Positions 9,627 through 20,457 of a DNA stretch of 64,000 nucleotides are shown here, piece by piece. Within the stretch, counting starts at the first letter, position 1. Each line of letters starts with the position of its first letter. The notes below the pieces were generated by a model. The model was not told where the DNA came from and ran no database searches. It saw only the letters and a program-made list of their open reading frames with translations. The stretch lies in contig CAWJGT010000003.1 of assembly GCA_963842525.1 (NCBI GenBank), positions 1,248,001-1,312,000 of the forward strand. The letters are read 5' to 3'. Both the position numbers and the translations under genes were made by a program. Source of the stretch: an uncultured Holophagales bacterium (GTDB lineage Bacteria > Acidobacteriota > Thermoanaerobaculia > Multivoradales > UBA5704).

Positions 9627-10694
9627 ATGCCACGCCTCCGTTCCCTTCGCGCCGTCCTGGCTCTCGCGGCAGCGCTGTTCCTGGCGGCCGCCTGCCGCTC
9701 CGGATCTCCGCCCGCTGCGACCTCCAGCACACCGGCGAGCCCGGCCGCCCAGGCCGCCTCATCCCCCTCCGCGCCGGTCGAGATGCCGGCTCAGTACGAC
9801 GAGGACCGATGGTACGTGGCCCCGGTCACGGCCCAGGGCGAGACGCTGCTCTTCTACACCGACTCGGGCGGTGGGATGAACATGCTGCTTGCGCCGGTGG
9901 CGGACCGCCTGGGCCTGCCGCGGGAGACGGTCGAGCCTCGAGGGGCAGAAGGGGGATTTCGTCGCCTGGCCCGAGCTGAGACCGGAGGCCTCGATCCCTC
10001 TGCCTTCGCCCGACGCACCTGCGGGTGGCCGGCTGGTCGTGGTCCCGTACGAGGGGAGCTCCGGCAGATGTTCCAGGCGACCGAATCCGGGCAGCCCCGC
10101 GAAGCCGGGTTCCTGGGCCGCTGGTGGTTCGCGGACCGTGTCTGGACCTTCGACTACCCAGGGCACCGCCTCCTGCTCCGTGCCGCGGGCGACGTGCCGT
10201 CGCAGGCGCCCGAGCACCGTGTCGCGCTCGGCTTCCAGACCGGCCCGGACGGCCGGCGCACCACCCACTTCCCGCGCATCCCGGTCCGCATCGACGGCGA
10301 GACCCTCGACCTCCTCTTCGACACCGGGGCGACCACCATCCTCACCGCGGAGGCCCTCGCGACGATCGGTGACGGCCGTCCGGCTGCCCGCGGAGCGAGC
10401 TTCATCGCCGCCTCCGTCTTCGAGCGTTGGCACCAGCGGCATCCCGACTGGCGGGTGATCGAGAAGGCCGAGCAGGGATCGGGCGAGGCCCTGATCGAGG
10501 TCCCCTCCGTCGAGATCGGCGGCTACACCGTCGGCCCGGTCTGGTTCACCCGCCGGAAGGACTCCAACTTCCACCAGTGGATGTCCCAGTGGATGGACCG
10601 CCGGATCGAAGGTGCCCTGGGAGGCTCGGCGCTCCGCTATCTGCGGGTGACGGTCGACTACCCGAACGCCGTGGCCGTCTTCGAAAAGCCCTGA
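9627..10694 (+). CDS. Lipoprotein with two retropepsin-like aspartic protease motifs
   Basis: Lipobox LAAAC; FYTDSGG and LLFDTGAT; GALG near C-terminus; probable compensating frameshifts around 9940-10060. Confidence 0.7.
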   Translation: MPRLRSLRAVLALAAALFLAAACRSGSPPAATSSTPASPAAQAASSPSAPVEMPAQYDEDRWYVAPVTAQGETLLFYTDSGGGMNMLLAPVADRLGLPRETVEPRGAEGGFRRLARAETGGLDPSAFARRTCGWPAGRGPVRGELRQMFQATESGQPREAGFLGRWWFADRVWTFDYPGHRLLLRAAGDVPSQAPEHRVALGFQTGPDGRRTTHFPRIPVRIDGETLDLLFDTGATTILTAEALATIGDGRPAARGASFIAASVFERWHQRHPDWRVIEKAEQGSGEALIEVPSVEIGGYTVGPVWFTRRKDSNFHQWMSQWMDRRIEGALGGSALRYLRVTVDYPNAVAVFEKP

Positions 10695-10774
10695 GCAGCA
10701 AATCTGTCCGTGCGTCCGTCCAAAAGAGGGAGCCGTCCTCATGGCCGGCCGGAATGTCCCCGAAGGGAATAGAG

Positions 10775-13700
10775 ATGCCGACATTTGCCGATGCGGTGCA
10801 GAAAGCCGACGAGACCGGGGCACCGGCCGTCGAAGGGTTCGCCATTCAGCTCAAGGCCGGCGCGGATGCGGAGGCCTTGACGGCCTGGCTCGAGGCCCGG
10901 CTTCCGGGAACCGGGTGGACGGCCGGGGAGATGCCGGACGGATGGTGGGTGTATCGTGCCGCCGCCGCAGCGCCCCTGCCGCCGCTCGGCGCGGGAGGCC
11001 GTCCGCGAGCTCAAGAAGATCCAGGACGTTCAGAACGCCGAGCCGCTGCTCGTCACCCGCCTGCCGGTGACGAACGGCACCGAGGCTCAGAAGGCCTTCC
11101 AGCTCTGGGGCAGGGTGAACGAAGAGCGCCTGGCCCAGATCAAGGCGGCGAGCAGCGAGCAGCGCCGGCACTGGTCGCTGGAGCAGATGCGCGTCACCGA
11201 CGTGAACGGCGAGGAGGGCGCCTGGACGATTTGGAAGAAGAAGCACGGAAACAAGCCGCCGGGCGAAGGGATCCTGGTAGCCCATCCGGACACCGGGTAC
11301 ACGCGGCATGCGCGCCTCCTCCCGCACCTGCAGCCGCATCCGGACAACCCCGCGCTGTTCGGCAAGAACTTCGTCGAGCGGACGGCGTCCGACGGCTTCG
11401 ATCCCATGCGGGACCGGTCGATCGGCAGCAACCCCGGTCACGGCACGAGCACGGCCAGCGTGATTGCCGCCGATCGCGGACCGGCCGGCCAGCCCTGGGG
11501 AGTGGCGCCCGGCGCGAAGATCCTCCCGCTGCGGGTGTCGTCCTCCGTCATCCACCTGAGCTTCGTGAATGTCGGCGATGCCTTCAACGAGGCGATGCGC
11601 CGTGGCGCGCACGTCCTCTCGATGTCGCTCGGCGGGCCGCTCGGCTCCGAGCTGCTGAGCACCCTGGTCCGCCGCGCGCTCGACCAGGGCATCATCATCG
11701 TCTCCGCGGCGGGCAACAACGCCCCGACGGTGGTTTTCCCGGCCCTCCTCCCCGGTGTTATCGCCTGCGCTGCCAGTAATGCGCTGAGCGCGCCGTGGCG
11801 TTTCTCCGGCCTGGGCGCCGAGGTGGCGATCACCGCGCCGGGCGAGTTGGTCTGGCACGACTGGGCGCGGACCGGCGCAAACGGGCAGCCGGTCGACGAT
11901 CAGGAGAGTGGCAGCGGCACGTCGTACGCGACGGCCAATGTCGCCGGCCTCGCCGCGCTGTGGCTGTCCTATCACGGCCGAAAGAATCTGATCGATAAAC
12001 CTTGCGGCGGCAGGGCAGAGCTGTTGCCGTTCTTGTTCCGCTACTGCCTGCAGAAGTCGGCCGACGGGAAGCCCAAGTTCATCCGCGGCGGCAGCGGTGG
12101 CTTCGGTACAGGGATCGCCCGGGCGGACAAGCTGCTGACGCAGGCTTTCCCCAAAGTCGCGGACCTGGCGAAGATGCGCGAAAAAATTCTCGCTGGTAAG
12201 CCGGACGGCATCGTCAGCTTCCCGGTGAGCTCCTGGTGGATCATCGCGACCCTGCCGACGCTGGCCGCAGGAGAGCCGCGGCTTCCGACGGCCGCCGAGA
12301 ATACGGAGCGCCGAGAAACGCCTCCTGGCGTTCCTGGGCCAGATCGCCGGGCCGGACTGCGACGCCGTGGACCGCGCCGAGATCGGAGCCCTGGCCGCGG
12401 CGGACATGCTCCTCTCCAATGCCTTGTCGAAGGCTGCGCAGGGCGGTCGCGGCACCGTCTCCGCCTCCGCTGTGCGGCGCTATCTCCTGAGCCAGGAAAC
12501 TACCGCTCTCGGACGGCCTGCGTCAGAAGCTGATCGAGGCGCGGAAGGCCGATCAGGAGGAATGGCGGAAGGAACACCCGGAGGTGTACAACGAAAAACC
12601 CTACGATCTGCCCTCCGCGGAGGACGAAGAGAAGAAGGCGGCCTATTCGATCTCCTCGCCGCCGACGCGCCGGCTCCGGGCCTTCGCCTTTGATCCGAGC
12701 CTCGCCACCAGCAGTGCCGCTGCCGCGGTCAACGAGGTCGCCATTCCGGTCGTCTTCGAGCGCAAGCTGGAGCCGGGGCCGGTCGGCGACTACCTCGAGG
12801 TCGTGGACGTGGACCCTGCCTCGGACTGCGCCTACGCCCCGGTGGACCTCAACCATCCGTTCCTGCTGGCTCAGGACGGCCTGCCGCGCTCCGAAGGCAA
12901 CCCCCAGTTCCACCAGCAGATGGTCTACGCCGTTGCGATGAAGACGATCGGCCATTTCGAGGAAGCCCTGGGCCGCCCGATCTTCTGGTCGCCGCTGCGG
13001 CCGTGGGACTGGCGCAGCGGCGACGAGGACCGCGCCGACGAGCTGTTCAAGATGGACGAGAAAACCGGGCAGCCCGTGCCGGACGATTCCGATCAGTTCG
13101 TCCGCCGCCTGCGCCTCTATCCTCATGCCTTGCGGGAACAGAACGCCTATTACTCGCCGCAGAAGCGGGCCATCCTCTTCGGCTATTTCCCGGCGGGCGA
13201 CAGCGATCCTGGCGCGGAGTTTCCCGGCGGCGTGGTCTTCACGTGCCTGGCGCACGACATCATCGCGCACGAGACGACCCATGCCGTCCTCGACGGGATG
13301 CACGCCCACTTCATCGAGTCGACCAATCCGGACGTGTTTGCCTTCCACGAAGCATTCGCCGACATCGTGGCCCTCTTCCAGCGGTTCGCCTATCCCGAGC
13401 TGCTGCGCGATCAGATCGCCCGGGTCCGCGGACGCCTGGACTCCGGGACCCTGATGACGCAGCCTCGCCCTGCAGTTCGGTGGTGCCACCGGGCGGCACC
13501 AGGCGTTGCGCGATGCCCTGGGGCACGTCGTGGACCAGGCCCGCCGGAAAGGTGAGCTGGACTGGCGCGACCGCCGCGAGGAGCACGAGATGGACGGCGG
13601 CGGTGAGCCGCAGGCCACTCTGGCCGACGCCGCGCGCGATCTGAGCGATGAGGAGACGCGCCGTCTGTGGAAACGATACCGCGCCGATCCGTGGCTGCTG

Positions 13701-14888
13701 GCCAAGGTCGAAGAGCCGCACGACCGGGGCTCCATCCTCGTCGCCGCCGTCTTCGACGCCTACCTGAGCATCTATGAGAACCGCGTCATTGACCTGAAGC
13801 GCATCGCCACCGGAGGGACGGGCGTTTTGCCCGACGGCGATCTGCATCCCGATCTCGTCAACCGCATGGCGAACGAGGCGTCCAAGTCGGCCCATCACGT
13901 CCTCCGGATGTGCCTCCGGGCGATGGATTATGTGCCGCCCATGGACATCACCTTCGGCGAGTTCCTCCGCGCGCTGATCACGGCGGATGCCGACCTCGTG
14001 CCGGACGACGACCGCCGCTACCGCGTCGCTTTCATCGAAGCCTTCCGCAAGTGGGGGATCTATCCTCGCGACGTGCGCACCCTTTCGGAAGAGTCCTTGC
14101 GCTGGTCGCCGCCCGACCCGAGGAAAAAGACCTGCCTCCTGCCGGCCGATCTCGCGAAGGTCCCACCAGAGGTTGTGGAGGGCCTCGGCAAGGTGCGCCA
14201 GGCTCTGGCCTCGATGGCAGCCCGGCAAGGCCCGCGAAAAGGTTTTCGCGCAGCTCAAGACGGCCCAGAAGGCGCTCTGGCAATATTTCCGGAGCGATAT
14301 GCTCGATAAGCTCGACCCGGACCTCAAACGGAAGCTTCTCGGCGGGATCGACACGCGGCGAAGCTTCCAACTGACCAACCTGCGTCCGGCCCGCCGGATC
14401 GGCCCCAAGGGGGAATTCCTGACCGAAATGGTCGTCGAGATCCTCCAGAACAAAAACGCGCTACCACTCGACCCGAAAGAAAAAGCCGAGGAGAAGAAGC
14501 GGCGGGAGAAGGAAAGGCTGGCGCGCCGGGAGCGCGGCGAGGCGGAAGAGACCGGACCGTTTCCCCTTCCGCGGCGGCGTCACGCTGATCGTCAGCCTGG
14601 ACGACTACAGCGTGCGCTATGCGATCTACAAGCGGATCGACAGCGTCTCCCGTGAAGACCGGCAGCGCGCGTTCCGCGCCGCGGGAGGGCGGCGGCGAGG
14701 CCGCCGAGTATTCCTCCGACGGCCTGGCCGCCGGCTGGTTCAAACCAGGATGACGCGCAGGACGCCTGGCGCAAAGATCGCACGAGCGACTGCGAGGCCA
14801 TGCGGGCGTCCTCCTGCTTCTGCCGCCGCACAAAGAAGCTCAAGAAGGCGACAAGAAAGAACCCTTCGCCCTGTTGCACCGGAGCTGA
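10775..14888 (+). CDS. Subtilase (S8) fused to a gluzincin (M4/M36-like) metalloprotease; reconstructed across several frameshifts
   Basis: S8 triad HPDTGY / GHGTSTAS / GSGTSYATANVAG; linker continues LPLSDGLRQKL..EVYNEKP into PPTRRLRAFAFDPS; IIAHETTH plus EAFAD; ends EPFALLHRS-TGA at 14886-14888; no signal peptide. Confidence 0.7.
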
Positions 14889-14908
14889 GGCTCGAAAGGA
14901 CGCTCGAT

Positions 14909-16533
14909 ATGGCTGGCACCACGAACGGCAGGCTCCTTCCCCAAGCGAGGGAGAAATCAAGATGCGCCTCTACGGGCAGGGCCTCGGCGACTGCTTCCTG
15001 CTCGCCTTCCCGCGCAAGGGCGATACGAACAACGAAAACCCCTGCTATCTGGTGATCGACTGCGGGGTCGCGATGAGCACGCCCGAGAAGGACGTTCGCA
15101 TCAAGAAGGTCGTCGAGGACATCGACGCCGCCACCGGCGGTCATATCGACGTCCTGGCCATCACCCACCAGCATTTCGATCACATCAGCGGCTTTCAGGA
15201 CGCCTGGCAGGAATGGAAGAAGATCACGGTAGATGCCCTCTATCTGCCCTGGACGGAGAGCACGGCGCCGACGGGAGAGCACAAGACCACCAAATCCTTC
15301 CGCGAGGTCCTCGAAGAGGCATCGCGAAAAAGGCGCTGGAGAAGGCGGCGAAGGAGGACCTCGAGACGCATCCGGGTTTCAAGGCCCAGGCGGACTTCCT
15401 CGGCGTATCCCTCGGCGTCGGCGGGAGCGGCACGGTCAAGCGCCCGCCCAACATGGACGCCACGATGGATTTCATCCGCGACCTCTGCCCTACCGAAAAC
15501 ATCCGCTATTTCGAGCCCGGCGACGTCTTCCACCTGCCCAGGACGGACAGTCACGGCTATGTCCTCGGCCCTCCGCTGCCGAGCCAGACGGATGAGAAAG
15601 GGAAGGAAGTACATCGAGCTCCTGGCGGACGAAAAGGAGATGTATTCCTACGGGCCTCTCGGCCTGAAAGTGGACAAGGGCAAGCCCGGCGGCAACAACT
15701 CCTTCGCCATGAGCGACGACCGCAGCATGCCTGCGCTCGCTTCTGCGCTGCTCGCCGCCGGCACGCTCGACCGCGACGGCGACGAAGGCTTCAGCCCCTT
15801 CGCCCCGGACATCCGCCTCGACTGGGACAGCGCCATGGCGTCCCCCTTCTTCGAGGAGCACTATGGAGAATCCTCGCCGCGAGGCGAAGGCGGCTCCTGG
15901 CGGCGGGTGGACTCCGACTGGCTCGCCGGGCTGGCCAACCTGGCCCTGCGCGCGGGGGACTACACGAACAACGTGAGCCTCGTGCTGGCGTTCAACCTCC
16001 CGGGCTCCGACAAAATGATGCTGTTCCCCGGCGATGCACAGGTGGGCCACTGGCTCTCCTGGCACAAGATCGAAAAGTGGCACTACCGCGATGCCTCCAT
16101 CCCCGCGAAGCCGCCCGAGGCCAACGGCGAGCAGACCCTGATGCAGAACCTGCTGAGCCGGGTCGCCTTCTACAAGGTGGGGCACCACGGCAGCCACAAC
16201 GCCACGGTCTCGGACAAGGGACTGGAGGCGATGAATCACAAGGATCTGGTGGCGTTTGTCCCTGTCAGCGTCCCGGTGGCGCAGGACATGATGGGCTATT
16301 GCCCCATGCCGTTCTACCCGGTCCTCCGCGCCCTCCAGCGGAAAACGAACGGGCGCGTGTTCCTGCCCAACGGCAAGGCCCTCACGCCTCCGCTGCTCGA
16401 CGACCCGCAGCACGCGGCTCTGCTGGCTGCGTCCGGCATCCGCTGCGCCGCCGAAAAGCTGCCCGCCAAGAAGAAAGATGGCAAGGTCGTGGAAGGAGAG
16501 GTCCCTCTGTATCTCGAGGTGACCATCGCGTAG
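14909..16533 (+). CDS. MBL-fold (ComEC/Rec2-like) metallo-hydrolase, frameshifted
   Basis: RBS GAAAGGA, ATG 14909; GQGLGDCFLL, IDCG, THQHFDHISG, NNVSLVL, FPGDAQ, KVGHHGSHNAT. Confidence 0.8.
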
Positions 16534-16560
16534 GCAGGAAGGACATCGGATCGCAGTAGA

Positions 16561-17670
16561 ATGGTTGTCATGATCGACGATCCAGTCAACGTCTTCGATT
16601 TCGAAGCGATCGCCCGTGAGACGCTCTCCCGGGAGGCCTACGACTACTACGCGAGCGGCGCTCAGGACGAGGTCACGCTGCGCGAAAACCGCGCCGCCTA
16701 TGAGCGCCTCTCCCTGGCCTATCGGGTTCTCGTGGATGTCTCCCGCCGCGACCTGACGACGACGATCCTCGGCCAGCCGGTCGCGATGCCTGTCCTGGTC
16801 GCTCCCACGGCGTTCCACCGTCTCGCCACGGATCAAGGTGAGCTCGCCACCGCCCGTGCCGCCGGAGCGGCGGGGACGATCATGATCCTTTCCACCCTCT
16901 CCACAACGGCTGTCGAGGCGGTGGTGTCCGCCGCCTCCGGCCCGGTGTGGTTCCAGCTCTACGTCTACCGCGATCGCGAGGCCACGGAAGGGCTGGTGCG
17001 GCGGGCCGAGGCGGCCGGCTGCCGGGCGCTCGTGCTGACCGTGGACGCTCCTCTCCTCGGGCGACGGGAACGGGACGTCCGCAACCGCTTCCGCCTGCCG
17101 CCGGGCCTCGCGGTGGCCAACCTGCTGCCGGAGGGATACGGCGAGGTGCTGCCGGCCGCCGCTGATTCGGGCCTCGCCGCCTATGTCTCCTCCTTCCTGG
17201 ACCCGGCGCTGACGTGGCGGGACGTGGCATGGCTCCAGTCGATCACCGAGCTGCCGGTCCTGGTCAAAGGGATTGTCCGGCCCGACGACGCCTTGCGCGC
17301 CGCTGAGGCGGGCGCCGCCGGGATCGTGGTGTCGAACCACGGCGGGCGCCAGCTCGACACCGCGCCGGCCACCATCGACGTCCTGCCGGAGATCGCCGAT
17401 GCCCTGGCCGCCCACGGTCACTCGATCGAGGTGCTGGTGGACGGCGGCATACGGCGCGGCACGGATATCGTGAAGGCCCTCGCTCTCGGCGCACGAGCGG
17501 TCCTCGTCGGCCGGCCGGTCCTCTGGGGACTCGCCGCCGATGGAGAGGCCGGCGCGGCGCGAGTGCTGCGGCTCCTGCGCGACGAGCTCGACCTGGCCAT
17601 GGCCCTCGCCGGCACCCCCACGATCGCCGACATCACCCGGGACCTGGTGCGGAGGCCGGCGAGCGGGTGA
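16561..17670 (+). CDS. FMN-dependent alpha-hydroxy-acid oxidase/dehydrogenase
   Basis: WFQLY, LTVDAP, VKGI, VSNHGGRQLD, DGGIRRGTD motifs. Confidence 0.92.
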   Translation: MVVMIDDPVNVFDFEAIARETLSREAYDYYASGAQDEVTLRENRAAYERLSLAYRVLVDVSRRDLTTTILGQPVAMPVLVAPTAFHRLATDQGELATARAAGAAGTIMILSTLSTTAVEAVVSAASGPVWFQLYVYRDREATEGLVRRAEAAGCRALVLTVDAPLLGRRERDVRNRFRLPPGLAVANLLPEGYGEVLPAAADSGLAAYVSSFLDPALTWRDVAWLQSITELPVLVKGIVRPDDALRAAEAGAAGIVVSNHGGRQLDTAPATIDVLPEIADALAAHGHSIEVLVDGGIRRGTDIVKALALGARAVLVGRPVLWGLAADGEAGAARVLRLLRDELDLAMALAGTPTIADITRDLVRRPASG

Positions 17671-17673
17671 AGC

Positions 17674-18513
17674 TCAGGGCGGCGGTGGGGCGGCTACAAA
17701 GCAGTCCTGGAGGCGCCGCAGCAGCTCCAGGTTGTAGGTGAGCCGCTGGCCGTCCTCGTAACCGTTGCGCCCGGTGGAGCTGCGGCCGGAGCCGGAGTCG
17801 GGCTGGAAGGAGTTGTTGACCAGGGTGCCGCAGTCGTTGGGAAAGCTCCGGTTGCGCGCCCGCTCCACACCGGCCGCGAATCCCTGCAGGTAGTCGGCGT
17901 CGGAACGGATCCGGTCGGTGATGCGGGTGGCCTCGTCGATGGCCTGGTCCATACGGGCCTGGACGGCGGCGTTGAGCTGGGTCGCCTTCCAGGACTCATA
18001 GGCGGCGAGGGTCCGTTCGTAGTCTTTGGGGAAAGGCTCCCGTCGCCGCCGGTTCCAGGCCGGCGAGCGCTCGGCGGCGTTCCGGCTCTCGTAAAGCTCC
18101 AAGAGAGAGGCGAGCGTCTGGTCGACCGCCGCTTGCTGCGCACGGTCCGGAATCGGGAATTTGAGCTGGATCTTGCAGGACAGCGGGTCGTAGAGGGTGA
18201 AGGGACCATCGCGGCGCTCGGCGAGCACGTCCTCCGCGAAGTCGAGGAAGACGTCCACGCGGTTGCGCTTGGCGGCGATCCGCTCGACCCGGGCGAGCTC
18301 GCCGTCCGCGAAGCGCCGCCGCGCGGTGCTCTCTACCCGGGTGCCCCGGACCTCGTTGTCGTTGTAGAACTCATCGCAGCTCGAAGAGATGGGCGCGCGG
18401 ACCACCACCCATTCGCCACGCCAGCGGGCATTCAGGGAGTCCTCCAATCCGGCGCCAAAGACCACGGCCGGGAGGACCGTCAGCAGGACGAGGACGAAGC
18501 GGACGGAGCGCAT
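17674..18513 (-). CDS. Secreted hypothetical protein
   Basis: 279-aa ORF with signal peptide MRSVRFVLVLLTVLPAVVFG. Confidence 0.7.
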   Translation of the reverse strand: MRSVRFVLVLLTVLPAVVFGAGLEDSLNARWRGEWVVVRAPISSSCDEFYNDNEVRGTRVESTARRRFADGELARVERIAAKRNRVDVFLDFAEDVLAERRDGPFTLYDPLSCKIQLKFPIPDRAQQAAVDQTLASLLELYESRNAAERSPAWNRRRREPFPKDYERTLAAYESWKATQLNAAVQARMDQAIDEATRITDRIRSDADYLQGFAAGVERARNRSFPNDCGTLVNNSFQPDSGSGRSSTGRNGYEDGQRLTYNLELLRRLQDCFVAAPPPP

Positions 18514-18579
18514 GGGGCGGAGCTTAGCGCAAAGGTCCGGCCCGGTGTGCTATACCGTCCCCCCGGAGGCACGACACGT

Positions 18580-19353
18580 ATGCAGACGGATCTGTTCGAC
18601 CTGTCGAATCGGGTGGCGATCGTCACAGGCTCGGGGCGCGGTCTGGGGCAGAAGCTCGCCGAGGGATTGGCCCAGCACGGCGCGCGCGTGGTGGTCTGCG
18701 ACCTGAACACGGAGAGGGCGAAGGCGACGGCGGACAGCATCTCAGCCGCGGGCGGCGAAGCGGTCTCCACTTACGTGGACGTCGCCGACCGGGAGAGCTG
18801 CGAGGCCCTGGTGCGCTTCGCCGTAGAGAAATACGGTCGCGTGGACGTGCTCGTGAACAATGCCGGTATCGACATCGTCGAGCCGATCGGGGAGATAACG
18901 GCCGAGGCGTGGGCGCGGGTGCTCGGCGTCGACCTGGCCGGCGTGCTCCACGCCTCGCAGAGCGTCGTCCGGCAGATGCTCCACCAGGGAGGCGGCGGCT
19001 CGATCATCAGCATCTCCTCGATCGCGGCCCTGGCCGCCATCCCGGGCCTGGGGGCCTACAGCGCTGCCAAGAGCGGAGTGATCCAGCTCACCCGTGTGAT
19101 GGCTCTGGAGCTCGCGCCCAAGGGCATCCGCGTCAATGCCATCGCGCCCGGCTACCTGGAGAACATCATGGAGGGCATGGGGCCCGAGCACGCCAAGCCC
19201 GAGACCGAGGAGCGGATCAGGACCCGCACCCCCATGGGCCGGCGCGCCAGGCTGTCGGAGCTGGTCGGCCCGGTGGTGTTCCTCGCCTCGGACGCCGCCT
19301 CCTATGTGACGGGCACAGTGCTGTCCGTCGACGGCGGATACACGGCCGCGTAG
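18580..19353 (+). CDS. Classical SDR oxidoreductase
   Basis: TGSGRGLG, NNAG, YSAAK, VNAIAPG, VDGG; RBS GGAGG. Confidence 0.92.
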   Translation: MQTDLFDLSNRVAIVTGSGRGLGQKLAEGLAQHGARVVVCDLNTERAKATADSISAAGGEAVSTYVDVADRESCEALVRFAVEKYGRVDVLVNNAGIDIVEPIGEITAEAWARVLGVDLAGVLHASQSVVRQMLHQGGGGSIISISSIAALAAIPGLGAYSAAKSGVIQLTRVMALELAPKGIRVNAIAPGYLENIMEGMGPEHAKPETEERIRTRTPMGRRARLSELVGPVVFLASDAASYVTGTVLSVDGGYTAA

Positions 19354-19361
19354 TCCTTCGG

Positions 19362-20000
19362 CTACATCCTGCGAAGCAGATGCTCGCGCCAGGACTGTGG
19401 TAGCGCCTCGACCTGCGTGGCACGTTCCAGGAGGTCGCGGCCGATCGAGCCGTCGCGGTCGAGATAGAGGCTGACCACGTCGACCACAGTGACGCGGTGC
19501 GGGTCTTCGGCAATCCGCTCCATGGCATCGCCGGCGGCGACGGCCCCTTCCTGGAGGACGCGAAGGTAGAAGCCTGGACGGCCGCTCTCCAGGAAGCGGG
19601 GGATGACGTCGTCGCGGCCGAAGCGGATCCCCAGCTTGAAGCAGGGCATCCGCGGCTGGGTGACCACCACTTCGGCCGTGCCGATGCGGAATTGGTCGCC
19701 GATGTGGACCTCGTCCTCCCACCATCCCTCGCTGGTGAGGTTCTCGCCGAAGGCTCCCCAGGCGAGCTCGTGGCCGGGCAGCTCGCTGCGCCAGAAAGGG
19801 TAGTGCTCGGACGGGTAGACGTAGATCGCCTTGTCCGGTCCGCCGTGGACCGAGAGGTCGGCCTGGCGGTCTCCGTCCAGGTTGAGGCGCCGCATCTGGA
19901 CGCGTCCGGACACCGGTTCCTTGAAGATCCCGGTCATCACCCGGCGGCCGTTCCATTCCACCGGCCGCGGCTTGCCCACGTTCACGGAGATCACTTGCAC
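19362..20000 (-). CDS. MOSC-domain protein (YiiM-like)
   Basis: TGIFKEPV, GDRQADLSVHGGPDKA, FGENLT, QPRMPCFKL, GFYLRVL. Confidence 0.88.
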   Translation of the reverse strand: MQVISVNVGKPRPVEWNGRRVMTGIFKEPVSGRVQMRRLNLDGDRQADLSVHGGPDKAIYVYPSEHYPFWRSELPGHELAWGAFGENLTSEGWWEDEVHIGDQFRIGTAEVVVTQPRMPCFKLGIRFGRDDVIPRFLESGRPGFYLRVLQEGAVAAGDAMERIAEDPHRVTVVDVVSLYLDRDGSIGRDLLERATQVEALPQSWREHLLRRM

Positions 20001-20043
20001 GATCGTCCCTCCTCGCAGAAAGAGCGTATCAGCCCCAGATCTT

Positions 20044-20112
20044 CCCTCACGACATGAGGGGGCTTTACAGCCGCACTTCTCCCTTGTACTCTTCCCCTCA
20101 CGACGTGAGGGG
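20044..20112. promoter_or_regulatory. Two palindromic operators CCCTCA-N5-TGAGGG, probable PadR sites
   Basis: CCCTCACGACATGAGGG (20044-20060) and CCCCTCACGACGTGAGGGG (20094-20112); the second covers the padR RBS. Confidence 0.7.
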
Positions 20113-20118
20113 ATATCC

Positions 20119-20457
20119 ATGGCGAAGACTTCACTGGAGCTCATGCACGGGACCGTCGCGGTCCTGATCCTCAAGACCCTCTCCTGGGGGCCGATGCACG
20201 GCTACGACATCTCGCGGTCGATCCGCCAACGGAGCGATGGCGCCCTGGGGCTGGAGGACGCCGCTCTCTACCAGGCCCTCCATCGGCTGGAGCGCAAGGG
20301 GTGGATCGCGGCGGAATGGGGCCTGTCGGAGAACAACCGGCGGGCCAAGTTCTACCGGCTGACCGAGGAGGGACGGCGCCAGCTCCAGGCCGAGCTGTCG
20401 AGCTGGCAGGAGTACGTCCAGGCCGTGTCCAAGGTCCTGGACCTGGAGATGGCTTGA
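20119..20457 (+). CDS. PadR-family regulator (acidobacterial type)
   Basis: [37 protein letters not shown]. Confidence 0.92.
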   Translation: MAKTSLELMHGTVAVLILKTLSWGPMHGYDISRSIRQRSDGALGLEDAALYQALHRLERKGWIAAEWGLSENNRRAKFYRLTEEGRRQLQAELSSWQEYVQAVSKVLDLEMA

